DNA of 64,000 nucleotides from a virus. Taxonomy: Duplodnaviria > Caudoviricetes. Positions 9,270-17,175 of the stretch are shown piece by piece. The position numbers and the translations under genes were made by a program. Position 1 is the stretch's first letter. The number at the start of each line of letters is the position of its first letter. Under the pieces are notes generated by a model. It saw nothing but the letters and a program-made list of their open reading frames with translations, was not told the DNA's origin and made no database searches. The DNA is taken from positions 1-64,000 of the IMG/VR virus record IMGVR_UViG_3300028888_000084. The stretch is one strand, 5' to 3'.

Positions 9270-10145
9270 TTATAATTCTTTCCAATCTTCACCGTATAAT
9301 TTTCTTAAATACTCTTCTTCTTCGTCATATCCCAAAAATCCACTATTTTTATCCCAATTATTTTTATTGCTTCTCCAGTAACCATTCCAATAATCAGCAG
9401 TATATTCTGTTTCTGGTAAAGGATCGGGTTGATAAGTGAATTTTTCGCCATTTAAAACCCTATCACTATTCAGTATATTTAAGACTTTATTTATAGTGTC
9501 CATCAAGTAATTTACATTTATATATTCAGTCTTTGTATGCTCTGAAAAATAACCTGAACTAAGGTTAGTTGATGCAATATCCCAAGAAGGTGAAAGTTTA
9601 GAAATATCAGAACAAGAACCGTGTGCTTTTACAAATCCAAAACTTTGAATGAAATCTTCAAATTCTTTATTTCTTGTATTATAAAATACACAATCTTCAC
9701 TGCCCCTTCTATCTATTTCTATCAAGAATTTCAAATCACTAACCATTTCTTGTGGAATTTCGACAGATGCTATACCAGCACCTATACAACCAACTTCTTC
9801 TGATGTCGTAAATAAAATTGATGGCTTTGTTAAATTGTTTTTTAATCTTGTAGAAAGTATATACAAAACTGCAAAAACACCACATCTATCATCTCCACCA
9901 ATTCCTTGTGGCGACCACATTAAACCATTTTCTTTATCGCAAAGAATTGTAGTAGGTAATTCTGCGTGAACAGTATCTAAATGACACACTAAACATACAG
10001 GACATTCACCTTTAAAGAATAAATAATCGTCTGTTAATTTTTGATTTTCTTCACTATACAAATCTTTTAATTGATTTGTTAAATAATGCAATAAATCTTC
10101 TTGTTTATTTCTTAATATTTTCTTAAACCCCTCATAATTAAACAT
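9270..10145 (-). CDS. zinc peptidase, M20/M28-like
   Basis: HLDTVH, GGDDRCG, EEVG, EIDRRG, SDI and EHT metal-ligand motifs. Confidence 0.8.
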   Translation of the reverse strand: MFNYEGFKKILRNKQEDLLHYLTNQLKDLYSEENQKLTDDYLFFKGECPVCLVCHLDTVHAELPTTILCDKENGLMWSPQGIGGDDRCGVFAVLYILSTRLKNNLTKPSILFTTSEEVGCIGAGIASVEIPQEMVSDLKFLIEIDRRGSEDCVFYNTRNKEFEDFIQSFGFVKAHGSCSDISKLSPSWDIASTNLSSGYFSEHTKTEYINVNYLMDTINKVLNILNSDRVLNGEKFTYQPDPLPETEYTADYWNGYWRSNKNNWDKNSGFLGYDEEEEYLRKLYGEDWKEL

Positions 10146-10146
10146 A

Positions 10147-10434
10147 TTATAAACCCCCTTCACTTTTTACACTACTATTATACTTCGTTTTGTTTTGTTT
10201 GTCAAATTCTTTCGATTCTGAGCGTATAAGTCGCATTTCTTTTCTAAATATATGATAGTAGTTCATATGACGATAAATATCGTCATCTTTCCTAAAGAAA
10301 TATATCCATTCCTTAGGAATTTTGAAATTCTTTTTCATAGCATCTAATAAGTGTCCCTTTAATATTAAAAATGCTGCCAAGTCATTTTCATATATAGGAA
10401 CCTGTGGTAATTTGTCGTAACTACTTGGATTCAT
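10147..10434 (-). CDS. small hypothetical protein
   Basis: 95-aa ORF with GGAGG RBS. Confidence 0.7.
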   Translation of the reverse strand: MNPSSYDKLPQVPIYENDLAAFLILKGHLLDAMKKNFKIPKEWIYFFRKDDDIYRHMNYYHIFRKEMRLIRSESKEFDKQNKTKYNSSVKSEGGL

Positions 10435-10437
10435 ACC

Positions 10438-11175
10438 TTACCCCTCCTTTATTTCTAAAGTTAAATCAGCGAATTTGGTGTTTTCTTCTACAAATTCATT
10501 TGGTGTATAAATCTTTGGTTTTGGTGGTTCTAATGCTTTCGCTGGTTCTTTAGTTAAATCGAATATATTAGTTTGTTTTGTGTTCTTGAAAAATGGTGTT
10601 TTATTATCTTCTTTATCTACTAATTTTTTATCGGTATCTTGAATTTCAGTAGCTTTTTGGTGCTTATTTACATACATTGTATCTTCTATGGCTTCAGATA
10701 TTTCATTTAATATTTCTTCATCTGAATAAAATTCCGTATCTGATACGTGTAATTGTAGGTCGTCATATAAAATTCCTGAATCAAAATCAATTAAATTCAT
10801 ATCAAGTTCGTGTGATTTGTTTAATTGAATATAAATCATAGTGCCTACATCACCACATAGCAAACTACACATTTCTATGTCGTCTTGTTCTATTGTTGCA
10901 GGTTTATTCTTTTTTGTTCTTCCTAAACAACAACATTCAAAACCTTCTTCTTCAATGGCAAATTCAATTTCGGGTAATAAATCATAATCAATACAACCCT
11001 TGTTTCCGACAGTTTGTGGCACTATAACTGCATCCGTTATAGTATAATCCATTCCATCGTGAACCACCTTTCCCATCCAGTAAATAGAACTATCGCATAA
11101 ATCAGCATATTTTCTGATTTTGTTTAATGCCTCTGGTAATATCGAAACCACAGGCGTTCCCTTTAATGATTTCAT
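10438..11175 (-). CDS. JAB/MPN-like protein with degenerate active site
   Basis: P.V.I.PEALNKI..Y...C...I.W.G.V...Y.ITD...VPQTV pattern; the HxH position reads GRTK. Confidence 0.5.
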   Translation of the reverse strand: MKSLKGTPVVSILPEALNKIRKYADLCDSSIYWMGKVVHDGMDYTITDAVIVPQTVGNKGCIDYDLLPEIEFAIEEEGFECCCLGRTKKNKPATIEQDDIEMCSLLCGDVGTMIYIQLNKSHELDMNLIDFDSGILYDDLQLHVSDTEFYSDEEILNEISEAIEDTMYVNKHQKATEIQDTDKKLVDKEDNKTPFFKNTKQTNIFDLTKEPAKALEPPKPKIYTPNEFVEENTKFADLTLEIKEG

Positions 11176-11237
11176 AATAAATCCCCCTTTATTTTTTTAT
11201 ATTTTTATTATATACAAATTTTGTGTAAATGTCAATT

Positions 11238-13244
11238 TTAGAATGGTATAGAACCGTCAGTCCTAATTGAATGGGTAGCTGAATCGGTTATAGTAGTCCT
11301 ATCGGTTGTAGTAGTCCTATAAGTTCCCCTGTCTGCTACGGCTGATGATACATTAAATCCACTATCAAGTGTAGCATAATCTATATTGCTTGCCCAAGCT
11401 GGTGTTTCTGATAATGTTATTGTAGTATATCCTTCACCAGATAATGTTATTTCTGATTGTCTTGCGATCGGTATTGCTTCTTTTTGCTTTAATGATGTTT
11501 GACCTGTAATACAAGAATTACATATGATACGGCTATCACGATTTCCATTAGTATTTTGATTACAAATAGGACATTTAACTTTTGCACCTATAATTATTGG
11601 TGTATATATTTTTTTCTGCAATATATGTTTGATAGTTGTAGTATATTGATGCGGTATATCATTATAAGCCATATGATAAGGATATGTGTAATCCACATCA
11701 TATTCTTCTTTATTATGTGATACCATCCAATAATCGTCAATATCACAAAAACGACATATATTTTCTTCTAATAATTTACGAGTTTTTTCGGCAACAAGTG
11801 CGTTTGAATAGTGTTGTGGATATTCCCTTGAGAATATACAACGATTTTCTTGTGTATTTACATATATTAATTGTCGCCAGTTTTTAGAATTTCCCTTAAA
11901 TTTTCTTTTTTCTATTACATATTCATATTCTTTATCGTGGCACATATAAGCAACTAAGGTAGATTCGTCAAACATATAAGATGCACAACCTGCTGCGTGT
12001 TCACCTGTTACAAAGTGATGGCAACTACGCCAACCACTTTTTGTTATAGCAGATGTTAAATAATCATATGGATCTATAGATATATATAAATTTTGCTTAA
12101 TACATTTATCTTGTAATATTTTAGATAAGTCTATATCAAACTTTTCATCTTGAAATAAAGATGATAAAAATTTGGATAATTTCATACCCTTTTTAACTTC
12201 ACAATATTCCTTTAAAGAAGAATCACGATCACTTATTTTATTATTCAAATAATCACTTGCAGGAAAAGTATTTAATGTTAATGCGTATTTTGGATACATA
12301 TGATATAATTCAACTAATTGACGCTGTAAATCTAATTCTTGTTTTTCATATTCAACAGTCGTTTTTATATAAAGTTCGTTGTCGAATAACAAATAAAATT
12401 TATATTTACTTCTTGCCCAATCCTTTAACCAAATCTTAATACTATCAGTTGTTGCTCTTTCTTTTATTTCTTCGTGTTTATCTATATTGGCATTTACCAA
12501 ATTCATAATTCTTTTTATATCAACTTTGCTAATCATTTCGTCTATTAAATCTTCTTTATCAACATCTAAATTTCTAACCATATCGTCAATAGATGTGAAA
12601 ACTTTTTGTGGAACAAATTCTTTTTTTACTTTTTCTTCTATTACGAATTTATCAAACAATGCACTTGTCCAACCACTTTTTGCTACATTTTTTATTAACG
12701 AATCTATTAAATTTCTTTCACCTGACGATCCATTATGAAATGCGTCATAAGTAAAATAAAAGATATACTTTTCTTCTTCTTCATTTTTATAAACTATTAA
12801 TAATGGAAATTCAGTTTTTTCATTTTTAGATAAGCAAAAAGTTTTTTCTTGATTATAATATTTATTCATATCTTCGTCATATGGTAAATAAATCCAATCT
12901 TCAATTAAATCATATTTGTTAAAAATATTCATCATATCTGTAGAAAAATCATCGAAATCTTCTGCTGAATATTCATAATAATTATCTCCGTGAAAACCCC
13001 AGTTTACAAATACAATCGATTTTTGTGGTAAATCTTTACATAGATTTTTTGGTGATAATGGCTTCATATTATTATGTCCGTGATTATCCAATACCACATA
13101 AGTATAAGAATCAAATTGTTCATCACTCATTTTTTCTTTAAAGAAATCCCTTAAATAAAAGTCATACAGCTTTTCAAGAGAACTTGTAAATGAATGTGAA
13201 ACCAATTCAATTCCCCCTAAATCTAATTCTTCGTATTTTTTCAT
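11238..13244 (-). CDS. large hypothetical protein with SIDPxD..WxSCH domain; paralog of 7013-8530
   Basis: GMKLSKFLS, SIDPYDYLT, WRSCH, CPIC..CNSC; start moved to MKKYEE after an AAGGGGG RBS. Confidence 0.8.
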   Translation of the reverse strand: MKKYEELDLGGIELVSHSFTSSLEKLYDFYLRDFFKEKMSDEQFDSYTYVVLDNHGHNNMKPLSPKNLCKDLPQKSIVFVNWGFHGDNYYEYSAEDFDDFSTDMMNIFNKYDLIEDWIYLPYDEDMNKYYNQEKTFCLSKNEKTEFPLLIVYKNEEEEKYIFYFTYDAFHNGSSGERNLIDSLIKNVAKSGWTSALFDKFVIEEKVKKEFVPQKVFTSIDDMVRNLDVDKEDLIDEMISKVDIKRIMNLVNANIDKHEEIKERATTDSIKIWLKDWARSKYKFYLLFDNELYIKTTVEYEKQELDLQRQLVELYHMYPKYALTLNTFPASDYLNNKISDRDSSLKEYCEVKKGMKLSKFLSSLFQDEKFDIDLSKILQDKCIKQNLYISIDPYDYLTSAITKSGWRSCHHFVTGEHAAGCASYMFDESTLVAYMCHDKEYEYVIEKRKFKGNSKNWRQLIYVNTQENRCIFSREYPQHYSNALVAEKTRKLLEENICRFCDIDDYWMVSHNKEEYDVDYTYPYHMAYNDIPHQYTTTIKHILQKKIYTPIIIGAKVKCPICNQNTNGNRDSRIICNSCITGQTSLKQKEAIPIARQSEITLSGEGYTTITLSETPAWASNIDYATLDSGFNVSSAVADRGTYRTTTTDRTTITDSATHSIRTDGSIPF

Positions 13245-13360
13245 AAATAAAACCCCCTTTTGAATTTTTGGTTTGTTCAACCTTGACTATAAAAATTATA
13301 TCGCAAAAACATCTTACCTGTCAAGTTTTTGCATTATTTTAAATTTTTATTAAAAATTCA

Positions 13361-13391
13361 CAAAAGCAAGGCATTTGTCGCCTTGCTTTTG
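13361..13391 (-). terminator. Rho-independent terminator
   Basis: CAAAAGCAAGGC-7 nt-GCCTTGCTTTTG. Confidence 0.8.
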
Positions 13392-13407
13392 CTTTTATAT
13401 CAAATTG

Positions 13408-13761
13408 TGCTTGACTGTGCAGCCACGTGGGAAACCACACGTTATTACCTCATCCGATTAACCATTAATCATGGATTTAATAATATTTAATGACTTTGTT
13501 ATTTCAACTTTAAGAAAGAAGAATTTTAATGCTTAACCTTTATCCCTTAAATTTTGAACTTCTAACGGTATCAATGGACTCAGTTAAATAGATTCAACAA
13601 TCTATTTGGTGTCCACCACTAGAACGATTTTATCGTTTCAACACATTAACATATCGCTTTGTTGGTGCGGTATTGTTAAATAAAGGGGCGTCAATACGCC
13701 AGCTGTATCATTTACCCAATGATAAAGGGGAGATAAATCGTGGTTTTCGCACAACCAAGCA
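13408..13761 (-). ncRNA. candidate large structured ncRNA (~354 nt)
   Basis: 13-bp terminal stem UGCUUGGUUGUGC/GCACAGUCAAGCA with two G-U pairs; at least 5 internal hairpins; heptad repeat tract; no ORF; followed by a terminator. Confidence 0.7.
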
Positions 13762-13768
13762 TATAGGT

Positions 13769-14404
13769 TTAATCTATTAAATTGACAGTAATTTTAGTAA
13801 TTGTGTTGCTTTCTGATAATTTGTAATCAACTTCTGACTCAAATTCGTCAATTTCTTTTTCTAATTCATTGATTACATCATTTATTTTGCACGGATCTAC
13901 TAAATAATATTCATTATTATCATAGAATTGTTTTTCAAATTTGGCAACTACTTCAGGATCACTTTTATCTTTTTCGCCAATTACGGATTTCAGGTAACTT
14001 TCCAAATTATTCTTCAATGATTCATTCTTTGTTTCTATATTATGCATGGCATTTACATATTGTGCTTTTAATTCAGCAAGTAATTTTCTTTCCATATCTA
14101 TCATTGATTTTCTTTCTATTGCTTCAGCAACAGTATATTCTTTATCGCCAATAGTAATTTTCGTATTAGCATTTGATAAAACAATCGCAGATTTTACAAT
14201 CTTTTTGTTTTCCATTAAAGCCCTTACACTATCCAAATCTCCTTTTAATAAATCAGAATATTCTTGTATTGTGTAACTTCCGATTTTGTCATTTCCTTTC
14301 TTTGTGTAGGTTACAAAACTTTTGTTAAGTCCCTTCCAAATTTTATTGTCGTATAATTTTAATTCTGCTAATGCTTGATGTATAGACATCACTTTTTCTG
14401 CCAT
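13769..14404 (-). CDS. coiled-coil protein resembling the DIP1984/DUF6847 family
   Basis: MSIHQALAELK...SNANTKI.I....YTVAEAIERK...LEKEIDEFESEVDYKLSESN.IT.I; family assignment is from recollection. Confidence 0.6.
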   Translation of the reverse strand: MAEKVMSIHQALAELKLYDNKIWKGLNKSFVTYTKKGNDKIGSYTIQEYSDLLKGDLDSVRALMENKKIVKSAIVLSNANTKITIGDKEYTVAEAIERKSMIDMERKLLAELKAQYVNAMHNIETKNESLKNNLESYLKSVIGEKDKSDPEVVAKFEKQFYDNNEYYLVDPCKINDVINELEKEIDEFESEVDYKLSESNTITKITVNLID

Positions 14405-14445
14405 TTCACATTACCTCCTAAATTTTAATTTTTGAACTTTATAAA

Positions 14446-14553
14446 ATTATTAAAGCCACAATCGTTGCCTTCAGTATGTGGTAAACAGCAACTCACCCCT
14501 CACCCTTATACGTTCTTTTCCAAACGACCACATTTGGTGGTGGCTTTAATAAT
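14446..14553 (-). ncRNA. candidate ~108-nt structured RNA with possible pseudoknot
   Basis: 14-bp perfect closing stem ATTATTAAAGCCAC/GTGGCTTTAATAAT; internal GTTGC/GCAAC hairpin whose loop ACCACAT is complementary to ATGTGGT. Confidence 0.55.
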
Positions 14554-14626
14554 GGTGATAGCGGTCGGACTTACACCGACATCAACACCCCCTGCGGATG
14601 CCGTTTTATAATTAAACTACACTATC
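14553..14626 (-). tRNA. non-canonical tRNA-like RNA with encoded CCA (nominal anticodon CAG)
   Basis: Full cloverleaf: acceptor GATAGTG/CGCTATC + A + CCA; D stem GTTT/AAAC; anticodon stem GCATC/GGTGT; T stem GTCGG/CCGAC; all loops deviate from consensus. Confidence 0.7.
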
Positions 14627-14639
14627 ATATTTATTATGG

Positions 14640-15080
14640 TTATATTATATCATTATTGTAATATTTTGTCAAGTATTCTTTTATCATCTCCTGTGTTTTT
14701 TCTAAACCATTACGTTTTAGATATCTATTAACATATCCCCTTCCCCTTTTAATAATATAAGACCATTCGTTTCCACTATGAATTACACCATCTATTTCTA
14801 TTATATTTGTTGTTGACTTAAATCTTGAATTTTCTTCTTTTGTTATCCACCTACAATTATCGGGTGAATAATCTTTAGTGCTATCTATTCTATCAATAGT
14901 TAATATATCATTGTAACCATTATCAAATGACCATTTAAAAAAATTTTCTTGATTTATTAGCCAGTCATCACAGATTCTTATGTTTTTAGCACCGTAAAAC
15001 CTATAATCTTTATCTAATTTATTATAACATCTTGAATACATTTTTGCAAATATAATTTTTAATCGTCTGTTTTTATTCAT
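14640..15080 (-). CDS. HNH-type homing endonuclease-like protein
   Basis: MYSRCYN....Y..YGAK.I.ICDDW...TIDRIDS...YSPDNCRWIT..EN. Confidence 0.75.
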   Translation of the reverse strand: MNKNRRLKIIFAKMYSRCYNKLDKDYRFYGAKNIRICDDWLINQENFFKWSFDNGYNDILTIDRIDSTKDYSPDNCRWITKEENSRFKSTTNIIEIDGVIHSGNEWSYIIKRGRGYVNRYLKRNGLEKTQEMIKEYLTKYYNNDII

Positions 15081-15191
15081 ATGATAACCCCTTTATATGT
15101 ATCGTGGGACTGAGCAAATTGAGTAAAAACCAGTCCCACAATCTATTTTAAATTTATGGAGGACATAAGGTTTCATCAACCTTACAATCAT

Positions 15192-15220
15192 ATTCTATCA
15201 TAGGCATCACGAATTGTCAA
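15192..15220 (-). promoter_or_regulatory. sigmaA-type promoter driving the HNH/tRNA-like/ncRNA operon
   Basis: TTGACA-17 bp-TAGAAT. Confidence 0.7.
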
Positions 15221-15234
15221 GCATTTTTTAAAAT

Positions 15235-16527
15235 TTATTTATAACTTACTTCTTTACCTTCTTCACGTAATTCATCAAAAACAGGAAATCTTAAAGACTT
15301 CTTGCCTTCTTTATTTTGTGTTTCTTCAAAGTATCTAACCTTGATAACTCTACCAACAAGTTTATCACGATTTGCCCAAAAATAATCACGTTCATCAGAC
15401 GTAAATCCACTACCTACATTAAGAATACTTCCTTTATAATCAACCAGTATAGCACCTAATGTGTCCTTGAACCTGCCTTCCCCCTCTTGAAATCCCAAAA
15501 TTTCCAAGTCGCAATCTTGCATAACTTTTACTTTTAACAAATTGTTAGTCCTTTTGAAATCATAAACTGCGTCATTCAAATTTATCATTATTCCTTCTTC
15601 GCCATCTTTTCTTGCTCGTGTAAGAAGTTCACCTATTTTATTTATATCATTACCAGAATACAATGCAGGAACTACTTTTACAAAGTTTAATTTAGAAAAT
15701 ATTTTCTCTAAAACATATCTTCTTTGTGCATAAGAAAATGTGCATTTTTTATTGTCAAATTCTTTGAATGATAATATGTCAAAAGCCAGCAGTTGAACAC
15801 CGTGTTTTTCGCCATCTTTGGTTACAATTTCAATGGTTTTTTTATACTGTATTTTGCTTGGAAATTTCTTACGATCTAGTATCATAATTTCGCCATCTAA
15901 AACAAAGTTATCGCAATCAAAATTTGATAATTCATTTACTATATCTACTAGTCCATCTATCTTTTGTCCTTGTCTTGAATATACTGTAATTTTGCCTTCA
16001 TTCTTTATCAGAATACAGCGAATTCCATCAAATTTTGTAGTTATCGTAAAGTTTTTACCATCTACAATTTCAGGTTTTTCAAAATATTTATTCGCCAACA
16101 TAACTTGAAAATCTGGTAAAAAATTAGGAATGGCAGTATTTACAAGTTTGATATTACATCCTATTTTTAATTTTTTTGTAATAATTTCTTCGATAAATGT
16201 AGCATATTCAGCACCATAAATTCTTGATATAGCTCTTAAACTATTCTGAACATAATTGATATCTAAATCAGTTCCAGTATTATGTTTTAACAAATATTTA
16301 AACAGATTTTTAACGTCAATATTTCCTTCATGCGTGATTTCTATGGTAAATTTTTTATTCAATTTATTCGTAGAAATTCCAAAAATATTGTCTGGATTTA
16401 GTAACATATCTAGTAAAAACAAGAAGTCTTTATTATCTTTATTAGCCTTTAAAATTTCTATTTTTTCTAATTTGGAATTGGTATTCGACAAAGAATCGAA
16501 TATGGCTTTATTTTTTGCAAGATCCAT
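15235..16527 (-). CDS. lig: ATP-dependent DNA ligase
   Basis: KFDGIR adenylation motif, LDGE, FDIL, EGIM, LLKVK, VGSGF, SLRFPVF. Confidence 0.95.
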   Translation of the reverse strand: MDLAKNKAIFDSLSNTNSKLEKIEILKANKDNKDFLFLLDMLLNPDNIFGISTNKLNKKFTIEITHEGNIDVKNLFKYLLKHNTGTDLDINYVQNSLRAISRIYGAEYATFIEEIITKKLKIGCNIKLVNTAIPNFLPDFQVMLANKYFEKPEIVDGKNFTITTKFDGIRCILIKNEGKITVYSRQGQKIDGLVDIVNELSNFDCDNFVLDGEIMILDRKKFPSKIQYKKTIEIVTKDGEKHGVQLLAFDILSFKEFDNKKCTFSYAQRRYVLEKIFSKLNFVKVVPALYSGNDINKIGELLTRARKDGEEGIMINLNDAVYDFKRTNNLLKVKVMQDCDLEILGFQEGEGRFKDTLGAILVDYKGSILNVGSGFTSDERDYFWANRDKLVGRVIKVRYFEETQNKEGKKSLRFPVFDELREEGKEVSYK

Positions 16528-16548
16528 AAATACAACATCTCCTTTATA

Positions 16549-17157
16549 TTAATTTATCCATTTTATAATAGGATCGCCTTGAAATCCCTTTTCCCAAACA
16601 AACCAGCCATAAGCCACAGCACTTGAAAATTTGTTATCAAAATCACCATTTTTACAACATTTAAGCCTTGAGCTTGATACGTATATAACTTTAGGTGGAT
16701 ACTTCTTAAACATTTCTTTTCTTGATTTTCCTTCTAAAAAAGTAAGTTTAAGAAACATAGCGACTTTGTGTCCATCTTGTATAAGATCCATAGCCTTTTC
16801 TACAAAGGCTTGAGCGAAACTATATGGTGGATTTGTGATTATATCGCCATTCCACAGGTTTTGTGAATCTGGCACAACTTTTAGAAAATCTATAATTTCC
16901 GTCTGTGGGTAACCCCTGTCTATTATATCACTACACCTTACATTATGTCCAGTATTTTTTAAAACTTCTGCTAAATGTCCACCACCTACTGCACTCTCCC
17001 ATATATTATTATCAAATTCTTCCTCTTTTAGTAATAATTCCATAGCTAAAGGTTCTGTCGCATAATAGTCATTAATTTCACGTTCTTCTTCCGTATGACT
17101 ACTTGCACCTAAAATTTTCCAAACTGATTTGTCGTTACCTTTCCAATCTTTCGACAT
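16549..17157 (-). CDS. DNA N6-adenine methyltransferase
   Basis: DYYAT, WESAVGGG SAM-binding motif, ITNPPY catalytic motif. Confidence 0.85.
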   Translation of the reverse strand: MSKDWKGNDKSVWKILGASSHTEEEREINDYYATEPLAMELLLKEEEFDNNIWESAVGGGHLAEVLKNTGHNVRCSDIIDRGYPQTEIIDFLKVVPDSQNLWNGDIITNPPYSFAQAFVEKAMDLIQDGHKVAMFLKLTFLEGKSRKEMFKKYPPKVIYVSSSRLKCCKNGDFDNKFSSAVAYGWFVWEKGFQGDPIIKWIN

Positions 17158-17175
17158 TTTTATAACCCCCTTTTT

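Noticed and set aside
14446-14553. Hammerhead, twister, pistol or HDV-like ribozyme call
   Set aside because: CUGAAG is present, but the full catalytic cores could not be matched by eye.
14553-14626. Functional tRNA-Leu(CAG)
   Set aside because: It has no long variable arm, no U33, no D-loop GG and no TTC, so it is reported as tRNA-like only.
14640-15080. HNH gene as part of a group I intron
   Set aside because: No interrupted host gene or recognisable P7 core was found, so it is treated as free-standing.
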